Positions 1-8,937 are shown, numbered from the stretch's first letter. The stretch is DNA of 34,703 bases from an uncultured Clostridia bacterium (GCA_947628575.1 CANRAK010000002.1:1-34703), one strand, 5' to 3'. Notes: generated by a model from the letters alone, not told the origin. Numbers and translations: made by a program.

Positions 1-16
1 ATAAATTTGTGACCTG

Positions 17-78
17 TATTCGTCCCCATCAAAAAATTAACTATTAACCAGTAAAATTTTGTCCTTTGGGGACGAATA
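17..78. repeat. Perfect 11-bp inverted repeat (TATTCGTCCCC at 17-27, GGGGACGAATA at 68-78) with a 40-nt loop, nested inside a second 8-bp inverted repeat (TGTGACCT at 8-15, AGGTCACA at 113-120), upstream of uvrB
   Basis: Read directly from the sequence. The arms are GC-rich in an otherwise AT-rich leader. Function is unknown: it could be an upstream-gene terminator, a leader structure or an operator. Confidence 0.5.
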
Positions 79-133
79 GTTGGCTGACTGTTGTCTTTTT
101 TCAAATTTAATTAGGTCACAAGAAAGGAAAAAA

Positions 134-2113
134 ATGGAAAGAAAACCAGAGGAAAAATTGTTTAAATTACATTCAAAATTTAAACCTACAGGAGATCAAC
201 CTGAGGCTATAAAAGCACTTGTAGACGGCATAAAAAGTGGGAATAAAGGCGAAACTCTACTTGGTGTTACAGGTAGTGGAAAGACATTTACAATAGCAAA
301 TGTTATTGAGCAAGTACAAAAACCAACTATCATTATGACACACAATAAAACACTTGCAGGACAACTTTATAGCGAATTCAAGGAATTTTTCCCTGAAAAC
401 GCAGTTGAATATTTTATTTCATATTATGATTATTACCAACCGGAAGCATATATTGCTTCTACTGATACATATATTGAAAAAGAGAGTCAAATAAATGATG
501 AAATAGATAAACTAAGACATAGTGCAACTGCTGCTCTTTTTGAAAGAAAAGATGTAATAATAGTTGCATCAGTATCGTCTATATACTCTCTTGGCTCACC
601 AGATGACTATACTAATATGGTAATATCTGTTAGACCTGGTATGAAGATTGACAGAGACGAGCTATTAGAACGTCTTGTAGAAATGCAATATACAAGAGCA
701 GATATGGACTTTAAAAGAGGAGAATTTAGAGTAAAAGGTGATGTATTAGACATTTTCCCTGCAGGTAATAATGAAGAAATAATTCGTTTAGAATTTTTTG
801 GTGATGAAATAGATAGAGTATGCTTAGTAGAGGCAATTACAGGAAAAGTAAAAGCTACATCAAAGCATGAGTTTATATATCCAAAATCACATTACGTTAT
901 TCAAAGGGAAAAAATAGATAATGCAATAGATAAAATAAAAGAAGAGCTTGCTGAGAGAATAAAGTATTTTAAAGATAGAGATAAAATAGTTGAAGCATAT
1001 AGAATTGAACAAAGAACAAATTTTGATATAGAAATGCTAAGGGAAACTGGATTTTGTCAAGGAATAGAAAACTATTCAGCAGTTCTTTCTGGTAGAGGAA
1101 AAGGCTCAACTCCATATACACTTTTTGATTATTTTGGAGATGATTTTTTAGTAGTTATAGACGAGTCACACGTAACAATACCTCAAATTAGAGGAATGTA
1201 TAATGGTGATAGAGCAAGAAAAGAATCACTTGTCGAAAATGGCTTTAGACTTCCATCAGCTTTTGATAATAGACCGCTTCGTTTTGACGAATGGGAGAAG
1301 AAAGTAAAGCAAGTTGTATTTTGTAGTGCAACACCAGCAGATTATGAAAAAGAGCATTCAAGTCTTGTTGCAGAGCAAATAATACGTCCTACAGGACTTT
1401 TAGACCCACAAATAATAGTAAAGCCTACTGACGGACAAATAGAGGATTTAACTAAAAATATTAGAGAAGTAGTAGCAAATGGAGAAAGAGTATTAGTTAC
1501 TACACTTACTAAAAAAATGGCAGAGGAGCTAACAGCTTATCTATCTGAAAAAGATATTAGAGTTAGATATATGCATTCAGATATTGAAGCATTAGATAGA
1601 CTAGAAATAATTAGAGATTTAAGACTTGGTAAATTTGACGTACTTGTTGGAATTAATTTATTAAGAGAAGGATTAGATATACCAGAAGTATCACTTGTTA
1701 CTATACTAGATGCAGATAAAGAAGGATTTTTAAGAAGTGAAAGATCATTAATTCAAACAATAGGAAGAGCAGCAAGAAATGCTAACGGTAGAGTAATAAT
1801 GTATGCAGATGAGTTAACTGAATCAATGGAAAATGCAATTCATGAAACTAATAGAAGAAGAAATATACAAATGAAATATAATGAAGAACATAATATTGTA
1901 CCGCATACTATTGTAAAAGAAATAAGAGATAGTGTAAAAGCTACATTCCAAGAAACAGAAGATGAAAATAGTATAAATGTAAAACATGGTGAAACTATTG
2001 AAGAATCAATAGAAAGACTTACTCAAGAAATGATGAGTTATGCTAGAAAATATGAATTTGAAAAAGCTGCTACAATTAGGGACTTTATAGAAGAACTTAA
2101 AAATCTAAAGTAG
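134..2113 (+). CDS. uvrB: Excinuclease ABC subunit B (UvrB)
   Basis: The ORF track gives 80..2113 from a TTG. I prefer the ATG at 134 ([12 protein letters not shown]...), which follows an AGAAAGGA RBS. Motifs: Walker [13 protein letters not shown] box (VIDESHVT), helicase C-terminal motifs, and a C-terminal UVR domain ([17 protein letters not shown]). Confidence 0.95.
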   Translation: MERKPEEKLFKLHSKFKPTGDQPEAIKALVDGIKSGNKGETLLGVTGSGKTFTIANVIEQVQKPTIIMTHNKTLAGQLYSEFKEFFPENAVEYFISYYDYYQPEAYIASTDTYIEKESQINDEIDKLRHSATAALFERKDVIIVASVSSIYSLGSPDDYTNMVISVRPGMKIDRDELLERLVEMQYTRADMDFKRGEFRVKGDVLDIFPAGNNEEIIRLEFFGDEIDRVCLVEAITGKVKATSKHEFIYPKSHYVIQREKIDNAIDKIKEELAERIKYFKDRDKIVEAYRIEQRTNFDIEMLRETGFCQGIENYSAVLSGRGKGSTPYTLFDYFGDDFLVVIDESHVTIPQIRGMYNGDRARKESLVENGFRLPSAFDNRPLRFDEWEKKVKQVVFCSATPADYEKEHSSLVAEQIIRPTGLLDPQIIVKPTDGQIEDLTKNIREVVANGERVLVTTLTKKMAEELTAYLSEKDIRVRYMHSDIEALDRLEIIRDLRLGKFDVLVGINLLREGLDIPEVSLVTILDADKEGFLRSERSLIQTIGRAARNANGRVIMYADELTESMENAIHETNRRRNIQMKYNEEHNIVPHTIVKEIRDSVKATFQETEDENSINVKHGETIEESIERLTQEMMSYARKYEFEKAATIRDFIEELKNLK

Positions 2114-2124
2114 GTGATGAGATT

Positions 2125-2589
2125 ATGGGATTTATTATAATTGACAAGATAAAAAATAATAATAAAAAAATAATAATATTTGTAGAAGGAACAATACTAA
2201 AACTAAAACATAATAATTTTTTATCTAGGATTTTTGTTACAAAGTATATTCCAATAGGTAATGCTATAGATATAATAAAAAAATGGCAAGAAGAAGGATA
2301 TGAAATAATATATCTTACATCTCTAAAGGGTCATAAAGCTATGAGAATGGCTCAGCATATAGATGAAATAGGATTTACTGGTTCTATGGTAGCATATAGA
2401 GAAAAGTACCAAAATTATGCAACACTTATTAAAGAGGAAATGCCAGATATATTAATTGAAGATGATTGCAAAAGTATTGGTGGAGAAGAAAATATGTGTT
2501 ATAATGAGTTATCTGAAGAATTAAGAAATAGCATAAAACATATAAAAGTTAAAGAATTTGAAGGAATAGACAATGTAAAATTGTATTAG
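2125..2589 (+). CDS. Small HAD-fold-like hypothetical protein with a degenerate motif I
   Basis: 154-aa ORF, 11 nt after uvrB and followed by a terminator. The pattern KKIIIFVEGTIL / IIYLTS / K / ILIEDD resembles HAD motifs I-IV, but the DxD nucleophile position reads F-V-E. The fold assignment is by eye only. Confidence 0.5.
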   Translation: MGFIIIDKIKNNNKKIIIFVEGTILKLKHNNFLSRIFVTKYIPIGNAIDIIKKWQEEGYEIIYLTSLKGHKAMRMAQHIDEIGFTGSMVAYREKYQNYATLIKEEMPDILIEDDCKSIGGEENMCYNELSEELRNSIKHIKVKEFEGIDNVKLY

Positions 2590-2616
2590 GCAGGTTATCT
2601 AACCTGTCTTTTTTGT
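2589..2616 (+). terminator. Intrinsic terminator after the HAD-like ORF
   Basis: CAGGTTA..TAACCTG stem followed by TCTTTTTT. Confidence 0.7.
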
Positions 2617-2660
2617 TCTTAAATATAAAATTGTGCATATATAATAATAGGTGATTGAAC

Positions 2661-2942
2661 ATGGAAGATAAAAATAAAACATTCAAAGAACAAAATATTG
2701 TAATTCAAAACAGAGAAAAAACAGTTGTTACAGGAGTGGAGGATATTCATAGCTTTGATGATGAGCTAGTTATAGTTCAAACAGATTTAGGTCTTTTAAC
2801 AATAAAAGGTGAAAACTTAAAAATGAATAAACTTAATCTAGAAAATAATGAGCTTATTATTGAAGGTAGAACAAGTGCAATTGCTTATTCAGATGCAGTT
2901 CAAAATAAAAAGCAAGGATTTATGAATAAGCTATTTAAATAG
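2661..2942 (+). CDS. yabP: Sporulation protein YabP
   Basis: ATG at 2661 lies 6 nt after an AGGTGA RBS; the track start at 2655 is a TTG. The YabP-like core is VVTGVEDIHSFDDELVIVQTDLGLLTIKGENL. It sits in the conserved yabP-yabQ-divIC order. Confidence 0.85.
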   Translation: MEDKNKTFKEQNIVIQNREKTVVTGVEDIHSFDDELVIVQTDLGLLTIKGENLKMNKLNLENNELIIEGRTSAIAYSDAVQNKKQGFMNKLFK

Positions 2943-2949
2943 AGAAAAT

Positions 2950-3498
2950 ATGTCTGTAATAAAGCAAATAAATGATTTTCTATTTTATATTATGTTGGGG
3001 ATTGTAATATCTTGTATTTTTGATATATTTAGAACTTTACGAAAGATACGAAAAAGAAATTCTATATATGTTGTTATGATACAAGATATTATATTTTTTA
3101 TCATAATAACAATAATAACTATAGTGTATATGGTAAATACAATAGATGGAAATATTAGGCTATATATGTTTATAGGAATGCTTATTGGTATATTACTAAG
3201 TAGAAAGATAATAAGTAAATATTTAATTAAATTTTACAGTGCTATATTTTATAGCTTAAAGAGTTGTATAATATTTTTATGTGTTCCACTGGAGTTATTA
3301 TATAAAGTAAATTGCAAAATATTCAAAAAAATATACGAAAAATGTTGCAAATTGTTTTCTATTATGATAAATTTTAAATGTAAACTTTTAACTTTTTTTA
3401 AGAACGGCATTAATAATTTGAGAAAAAGAGGGTTGAAAAATGAAAAAACAAAAGATAAAAGAAAGAGAAAAAATGAAAAGAAAAAAGAAGTCTATTAA
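2950..3498 (+). CDS. yabQ: Spore cortex biosynthesis membrane protein YabQ
   Basis: Multi-pass hydrophobic protein with the YabQ-like N-terminal segment (LGIVISCIFDIFRTLRKIRK ... DGNIRLYMFIGMLIGIL), directly after yabP. It has a Lys-rich C-terminal tail that overlaps the next gene. Confidence 0.75.
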   Translation: MSVIKQINDFLFYIMLGIVISCIFDIFRTLRKIRKRNSIYVVMIQDIIFFIIITIITIVYMVNTIDGNIRLYMFIGMLIGILLSRKIISKYLIKFYSAIFYSLKSCIIFLCVPLELLYKVNCKIFKKIYEKCCKLFSIMINFKCKLLTFFKNGINNLRKRGLKNEKTKDKRKRKNEKKKEVY

Positions 3499-3754
3499 TA
3501 TAACTAATATTATATCTATTGCATTAATAATATACTTTGGATATACCTTTTTCAACCAACAATTAGCTATAAATAAATATAATTCTCAAATTGAAATGTA
3601 CAAAAAAGAAATAGAGTCAAAACAAAATTTAGTAGAATACTATAATAATAAAAATGAAAATATAACAACAGATGAATATATTGAATCTGTTGCAAGAGAA
3701 AAATTAGGTCTTGTAAAACCTTATGAAACAGTTTATGTAGATGCAAATAATTAG
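3440..3754 (+). CDS. divIC: Septum formation initiator (FtsB/DivIC family)
   Basis: Basic N-terminus, a single TM segment (ITNIISIALIIYFGYTFF), a coiled coil, and the conserved C-terminal IESVAREKLGLVKPYE motif. GAGGGTTGA RBS before the ATG at 3440. Confidence 0.8.
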   Translation: MKKQKIKEREKMKRKKKSINITNIISIALIIYFGYTFFNQQLAINKYNSQIEMYKKEIESKQNLVEYYNNKNENITTDEYIESVAREKLGLVKPYETVYVDANN

Positions 3755-3785
3755 CAGTCAAAATTAATGTGTTTAATTTGACTGC
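3754..3785. terminator. Bidirectional hairpin between convergent divIC and the VanW-domain gene
   Basis: GCAGTCAAA (3754-3762) pairs with TTTGACTGC (3777-3785), with further AT pairs inside. A T-run follows on the + side. The TAA stop of the minus-strand gene lies inside the hairpin. Confidence 0.65.
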
Positions 3786-4450
3786 TTTATTTCGCATATT
3801 TTTATATTTAAATCGTAGTCTTGTACACCGGCATATATTTTTATATCATTTTCTCTATTATTTATGAATTTTAAATCTAATGTGTTGTAATATACAGTTG
3901 CATCTTTATCTGCTGGTACATAATATACTCTCCTACTATGTGGATGTCTTTCTGTTATTTCAAGATTACTAAGAAGTGCTACATTATATAGTGTACTACT
4001 TACTTGACACATTCCAGCTCCTGGTATATCAATTACTTTTCCGTTAGAATCAAATCCTTTTGCTAGCTTATATCCATTTTCAAGCCCCATTGGTCCTATT
4101 GTATTATTAAAAGAAAATTCTTCGCCAGCTTTTACTAATGTATCATTTAATATTTCACAAGCTTTGATTATATTGGATGTCCTATCTGCACTACTATCAT
4201 ATAGGGTAGTAGTAAAGCTTGCAATTTCAACTTCTTCATATACTATTTCTTTTTCTGCTTTTACATTATTTTTTATACTATTTGTATAATTACTAGTATT
4301 ATTGGATAAAGTATTATTAATACTATTTGAGTTTAAAATACTATTTGAATGGATAAATAGATATACAATATATGATAATATACCTAATATAATTATAATG
4401 GATAATATAGTTAATATGTTTTCACTTTTTTTTGAATTATTTTTTTCCAT
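3773..4450 (-). CDS. VanW-domain protein with an N-terminal membrane anchor
   Basis: TM segment ILTILSIIIILGILSYIVYLF followed by VanW-like signatures (GEEFSFNNTIGP, GAGMCQVSSTLYNVAL, ITERHPHS). GAGGTA RBS on the minus strand. Confidence 0.8.
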   Translation of the reverse strand: MEKNNSKKSENILTILSIIIILGILSYIVYLFIHSNSILNSNSINNTLSNNTSNYTNSIKNNVKAEKEIVYEEVEIASFTTTLYDSSADRTSNIIKACEILNDTLVKAGEEFSFNNTIGPMGLENGYKLAKGFDSNGKVIDIPGAGMCQVSSTLYNVALLSNLEITERHPHSRRVYYVPADKDATVYYNTLDLKFINNRENDIKIYAGVQDYDLNIKICEIKQSN

Positions 4451-4528
4451 ATTTCTACCTCTATAATATTATTTGAAAAAACAAATTAAATATAACAGGC
4501 AATATGAATTAAAATAAGCAAAAAATAC

Positions 4529-4557
4529 TAGAAATTATACATATTTTTTGGTATAAT
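4529..4557 (+). promoter_or_regulatory. Sigma-A-type promoter for the sufC-sufB-like pair
   Basis: TAGAAA, 17 nt, then extended -10 TGgTATAAT (4549-4557). Confidence 0.5.
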
Positions 4558-4598
4558 ATTGAAGTAATGTTCATATTATAGAAAGGACAATAATATTA

Positions 4599-5315
4599 AT
4601 GTTAGAGATAAAAGATGTTTGTTTTTCTAGAGATGGAAAAGATATATTAAAAAATATTAATTTAAAATTTGAAAATAATAAAGTTATTGTAATAACTGGA
4701 GCAAATGGCTCTGGTAAATCTACTTTAGCTAAAATAATAATGGGAATAGAAAAACCAGACTCTGGAAGTATATATTTTAATGGAATTGATATTACAAATA
4801 TGAAAATTAATGAAAGAGCAAATCTTGGAATTGGCTTTGCATTTCAACAACCTGTAAAATTTAAAGGAATAACAGTAGAAGATATACTTAATATTACAGC
4901 TGGAAAAAAATTAAATAGATCTGAAATATGTCAGTATTTATCTGATGTTGGACTTTGCACAAAAGATTACTTAACAAGAGAGTTAGATTCTAATCTATCA
5001 GGTGGTGAATTAAAAAGAATAGAGATAGCAATGCTAGCACTAAAAAACTCTGAATTTACTCTTTTTGATGAGCCAGAAGCAGGTATAGATTTATGGAGCT
5101 TTAATAGTTTAATAGATATATTTGAGAATATGAAAAACAACACAAAAAATACTATAGTAATAATATCTCATCAAGAGAGAATATTAAATATAGCAGATGA
5201 AATAGTTGTTTTTGATAATGGAAGTATAAAAGAAATTGGAAAAAAGAGCAAAGTGCTTCCAAAACTTTTGATATCTTCTAAAAATGGAAGATATACAAAG
5301 GAGGGAAATGAATAA
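4599..5315 (+). CDS. sufC: SufC-like Fe-S cluster assembly ABC ATPase
   Basis: Walker A GANGSGKST, signature LSGGELKR, Walker B LFDEPEAGIDL, H-loop ISHQ. The stop overlaps the next start (TAATG). Confidence 0.85.
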   Translation: MLEIKDVCFSRDGKDILKNINLKFENNKVIVITGANGSGKSTLAKIIMGIEKPDSGSIYFNGIDITNMKINERANLGIGFAFQQPVKFKGITVEDILNITAGKKLNRSEICQYLSDVGLCTKDYLTRELDSNLSGGELKRIEIAMLALKNSEFTLFDEPEAGIDLWSFNSLIDIFENMKNNTKNTIVIISHQERILNIADEIVVFDNGSIKEIGKKSKVLPKLLISSKNGRYTKEGNE

Positions 5316-6247
5316 TGAATAGTACTCCAAATGAAGTAGATAAAAAAATACTTAAGAAAATTTCAAATATAGATATTAGTAAGTTAAAAGGTGCATATAA
5401 CATTAGAAAAGATGGAAAATTATTTGTTAGAAACACTACACCAACTATAAATATTGTATCTAAAAAAGATAAAGATGGAATAGATATAATAATTAAGGAA
5501 AATACAAAAAATGAATCTGTACATATACCTGTTATCCTAGAAAAAGAAGGATTAAATGATACAGTGTATAATGATTTCCATATTGGTGAGAATGCAGATG
5601 TAACAATTATAGCTGGATGTGGAATTCATAATGACTCACATAAAAAATCTGAGCATGACGGTATCCATACTTTCTATGTTGGAAAAAATGCAAAAGTAAA
5701 ATATATTGAAAATCATTATGGTGAAGGTACAGGTGATGGAAAGAATGTACTTAATCCTACTACAATAATATATTTAGAAGAAGGTGCAACACTTGAAATG
5801 GAAACATTACAAATACAAGGTGTTACATCTACAATACGAACTACAAAAGCATATTTAAAAAATGATTCAAACTTAGTTATTAAAGAAAAAATAATGACTA
5901 CAGATAGTCAAGAGGCAACAACAGATTTCTACGTTGAATTAAATGGAAAAAATTCAAGTACACATGTAGTATCTAGGTCAATAGCAAAAGATGGCTCTAA
6001 ACAGCAATTTAGCTCAAATATACAAGGAAATACTAAGTGCTTTGCACATGTAGAATGTGATGCAATAGTAATGGATGATGCAAAAGTTGTAGCTATTCCA
6101 AGAATTGATGCAAATAATGTAGAAGCAAACTTAATACATGAAGCAGCAATTGGGAAAATAGCGGGAGAGCAATTAATTAAGCTAATGAGTTTAGGACTTT
6201 CTGAAAAACAAGCAGAAAAAGAAATAATAAATGGGTTTTTAAAATAG
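5315..6247 (+). CDS. sufB: SufB/SufD-family Fe-S cluster scaffold protein (short form)
   Basis: 310 aa with beta-helix-like repeats and the SufB/D C-terminal signature HEAAIGKIAGEQLIKLMSLGLSEKQAEKEIINGF. Translationally coupled to sufC. Confidence 0.75.
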   Translation: MNSTPNEVDKKILKKISNIDISKLKGAYNIRKDGKLFVRNTTPTINIVSKKDKDGIDIIIKENTKNESVHIPVILEKEGLNDTVYNDFHIGENADVTIIAGCGIHNDSHKKSEHDGIHTFYVGKNAKVKYIENHYGEGTGDGKNVLNPTTIIYLEEGATLEMETLQIQGVTSTIRTTKAYLKNDSNLVIKEKIMTTDSQEATTDFYVELNGKNSSTHVVSRSIAKDGSKQQFSSNIQGNTKCFAHVECDAIVMDDAKVVAIPRIDANNVEANLIHEAAIGKIAGEQLIKLMSLGLSEKQAEKEIINGFLK

Positions 6248-6248
6248 T

Positions 6249-6272
6249 AAAGAGGCGAAAGCCTCTTTTTCT
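6249..6272 (+). terminator. Intrinsic terminator after the sufB-like gene
   Basis: AAGAGGC-GAAA-GCCTCTT followed by a T-run. The same 19-mer recurs at 13271-13289. Confidence 0.85.
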
Positions 6273-6293
6273 TCACTATTTTTTTGAAAAAAA

Positions 6294-6322
6294 TTGACAT
6301 AATAGCTACAAAATGATATAAT
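6294..6322 (+). promoter_or_regulatory. Near-consensus sigma-A promoter for orf177
   Basis: TTGACA (6294-6299), 17 nt, then TGaTATAAT (6314-6322). Confidence 0.65.
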
Positions 6323-6409
6323 ACAAAAGCTATTTAAAAAAATGTGTTTATTAAAAAAAGATTTTTTATAATAATATATGTATTCTATAATTAGAAGGGA
6401 GAGATATGT

Positions 6410-6943
6410 GTGCAATTATATAAAACAAATTTTAAGTCTAGATTTACTGTACATTTTAATGAATTGGAAACTGAAAATCTCAGAACTATAATTAATGATA
6501 TAAGTATAAAAAATATCGAGCTATGCTATTATTTAGAAAAAATTATTGCAAAAGAGTATGGCCGGTTTTATGGTAAAAGAATTATGATAATGAATATCTA
6601 CTCAGATACCTTTCATATAGTAGTAGATATATTAATACAAAATGAAAATATAGCATTTGCTAAGCCTAGATGTAAGAAAAATACATTAAATGTTACTAGA
6701 ATAAAATTCAATGATGAAAAAGAATTTTTAAAATGGAATGATAGACATAAATATAAATACACAGTAAAAGCAAGAAGAAATGATTTTTTAGAAGTCTTAA
6801 TTTACCAAGTAAGTAAAGAAGATGAGATAAATTTAGCGTTTCAGAATATAAAAATAGAGCAATCTATAAATATATTTGCATACATAATTTTTAGTATAAT
6901 AGATATATTGAAAAAACGTATAGTATGTAATGCTTCTACATAA
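6410..6943 (+). CDS. Hypothetical protein (177 aa), no recognisable family
   Basis: GTG start 7 nt after a GAAGGGAGAG RBS. It has its own promoter and terminator. A hydrophobic C-terminal segment (INIFAYIIFSIIDIL) is present. I recognise no motifs. Confidence 0.55.
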   Translation: MQLYKTNFKSRFTVHFNELETENLRTIINDISIKNIELCYYLEKIIAKEYGRFYGKRIMIMNIYSDTFHIVVDILIQNENIAFAKPRCKKNTLNVTRIKFNDEKEFLKWNDRHKYKYTVKARRNDFLEVLIYQVSKEDEINLAFQNIKIEQSINIFAYIIFSIIDILKKRIVCNAST

Positions 6944-6950
6944 ATAGCAT

Positions 6951-6990
6951 AACACCTTTAATGAAACATTTATCATTAAAGGTGTTTTTA
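6951..6990. terminator. Bidirectional terminator between convergent orf177 and asnB
   Basis: Perfect 14-bp stem, AACACCTTTAATGA (6951-6964) with TCATTAAAGGTGTT (6973-6986), an 8-nt loop, and a T-run on the + side. Confidence 0.8.
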
Positions 6991-6992
6991 TA

Positions 6993-8834
6993 TTATATTA
7001 ATACTTTTATATTATACGTAGTTAGCCAATAATCAATTTGTATAATAAAGGCAAGTGTCTGTGGATAAGTCATAAGTTGGCCAAATAGATTTTCTTTTAA
7101 ATTTTCACCGTGACTATTAATTAGAGAGTATACAAAATCTGCATTTATTATCTCATGTATTCTAGACTCTTTATTATCTAAGATTTCAAGTAGTTTATCT
7201 TCTAATAGCTTAAGATAATCTTTACTATAAGTCTTTGGAAAAGGAGATTTTTTCCTATTTGTTATATCTGTTGGAATATCATTTTTAAAAGCTTGTTTTA
7301 GTACATATTTTTCAACTACATCATTATTATTTCTAAGACCTAGTTTAAATTTAGCATCAATATTATACACATATTCAAATATCCTATGATCTGCATAAGG
7401 CACTCTAACTTCAAGTGAATTTTGCATAGACATTCTATCTGTTCTTTCTACTAGTGTATTCATAAAATATTTTATTGTAAGGTAGTTTATATCTTTAAAT
7501 TCATTTTCAAATTTATCACAAGAAATATGAGATATATCTTTTAGAGTATCTTCTTTACACTCAATAATATATTTAAGTATATCGCCATTGTTAAGTATAC
7601 CTGGCTTTAGCATACTTTCTCTAAGATTTTCAGATAAAGCCCAAGGAAATCCTTTGTTATTTTTCAAATGTTCACGATAAAACCAAGGATAGCCACCAAA
7701 TATTTCATCTGAGCATTCACCAGAAAGAACAACTTTTTCATTACTTTGAGCAATTTCTTTACAAAATAGGTACATTGAACTATCTATATCTGCCATACCG
7801 GGCATATCTCTTGCTATTACAGATTCGTATAAACTATTAAAAAGTGAGGTATCATTTACTATTACATCAGTATGTTTAGTATTTAAATATTTAACCATTA
7901 CTTTTACAAAATCGCTATCTTTAGTTTGTTGATAGCTATTTGCAACAAAGTCTTTATCGTTATTTTCATAGTTTATAGAGTAGGTATGTAAATTAAAGAT
8001 ACTATCTGTAGCAATTTTAGTAATAATACTAGAGTCTAAACCACCAGAAAGCATTGAAGAAATACCAACATCAGAAACTAGCTGCCTTTTAGTAGAGTCT
8101 GTAACTAGAAACTTAACATTATCTATTATTTCATCATCACTATCAAACATCTTTTTTTCTTCTAAATCCCAGTATTTATTAATAGTAAGTGTCCCATCTT
8201 TATATATTGCATAATGTCCAGCTTTTAATTCAAGTATATCTTTAAAGTATGTTCTTCCAGGACTATGTGCAGGACCTAGTGCAAATAACTCTAAAATCTC
8301 AGATTTTGTAATAGTAGGGGATACAAACTTACTAGCAAGTATTCCTTTTATTTCAGAAGAAAAAATAAATTTATCTTCTTTTAAAGTGTAAAATAATGGC
8401 TTAATTCCAAGTCTATCTTTTGCGACAAAAACACTATTATTTTCTTCATCATATATTGCAAATGCAAATATTCCATTTATAAAGTTAAGCATTTTTTCTT
8501 TAAATACAGTATAAAGTAGGAGTAGTACTTCTGTATCGCATTCTGTTTCAAATTCACAACCTTTAGTAATTAATATATTTCTTAGTAAATTAGTATTATA
8601 TAGCTCACCATTATATACTATAGTATATCTTTTGTTATTAACTATTCTTTCCATAGGCTGTTTACCATTTTTTACATCTATTATACTAAGTCTTGCATGC
8701 CCTAAAGCTACGTTATTATATATGTATGTATTATTATCCGAATTTCCTCTTTTTAAAATACTATCTTTCATATTTAAAATAGTATCCTTATCTTTAATAT
8801 TATCTTTTTGCATGTATCCGCAAATACCGCACAT
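6993..8834 (-). CDS. asnB: Asparagine synthase (glutamine-hydrolysing)
   Basis: N-terminal nucleophile MCGICG (class II amidotransferase) and PP-loop SGGLDSS. 613 aa. GAGGT RBS on the minus strand. Confidence 0.93.
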   Translation of the reverse strand: MCGICGYMQKDNIKDKDTILNMKDSILKRGNSDNNTYIYNNVALGHARLSIIDVKNGKQPMERIVNNKRYTIVYNGELYNTNLLRNILITKGCEFETECDTEVLLLLYTVFKEKMLNFINGIFAFAIYDEENNSVFVAKDRLGIKPLFYTLKEDKFIFSSEIKGILASKFVSPTITKSEILELFALGPAHSPGRTYFKDILELKAGHYAIYKDGTLTINKYWDLEEKKMFDSDDEIIDNVKFLVTDSTKRQLVSDVGISSMLSGGLDSSIITKIATDSIFNLHTYSINYENNDKDFVANSYQQTKDSDFVKVMVKYLNTKHTDVIVNDTSLFNSLYESVIARDMPGMADIDSSMYLFCKEIAQSNEKVVLSGECSDEIFGGYPWFYREHLKNNKGFPWALSENLRESMLKPGILNNGDILKYIIECKEDTLKDISHISCDKFENEFKDINYLTIKYFMNTLVERTDRMSMQNSLEVRVPYADHRIFEYVYNIDAKFKLGLRNNNDVVEKYVLKQAFKNDIPTDITNRKKSPFPKTYSKDYLKLLEDKLLEILDNKESRIHEIINADFVYSLINSHGENLKENLFGQLMTYPQTLAFIIQIDYWLTTYNIKVLI

Positions 8835-8908
8835 AAAATCACCTCAGTTAATAATATTATAAATATGTAATATTTATGAGTAAATTACTTTTTATTTAAT
8901 CTTTAATG

Positions 8909-8937
8909 TTGAAAAAATTATGTGTTTATTGTATTAT
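8909..8937 (+). promoter_or_regulatory. Sigma-A-type promoter for orf119-pdp
   Basis: TTGAAA (8909-8914), 17 nt, then TATTAT (8932-8937). Confidence 0.5.

Noticed and set aside
80-133. An 18-codon N-terminal extension of uvrB from the TTG at 80, as given in the ORF track.
   Set aside because: The extension ([18 protein letters not shown]) has no RBS and is not UvrB-like. The ATG at 134 has an AGAAAGGA RBS and gives a canonical UvrB N-terminus.
3567-3797. A 76-aa minus-strand ORF antisense to divIC.
   Set aside because: It lies fully inside or antisense to a well-supported gene and the terminator hairpin. The peptide is low-complexity and there is no RBS.
5929-6300. A 123-aa minus-strand ORF antisense to the sufB 3' end.
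   Set aside because: Its ATG is the reverse complement of the TTGACAT -35 region, and it would read through the sufB terminator. I treat it as an antisense shadow ORF.
8632-8862. A 76-aa plus-strand ORF overlapping the asnB 5' end.
   Set aside because: It is antisense to the conserved MCGICG-encoding region of asnB and has no RBS. I treat it as a shadow ORF.
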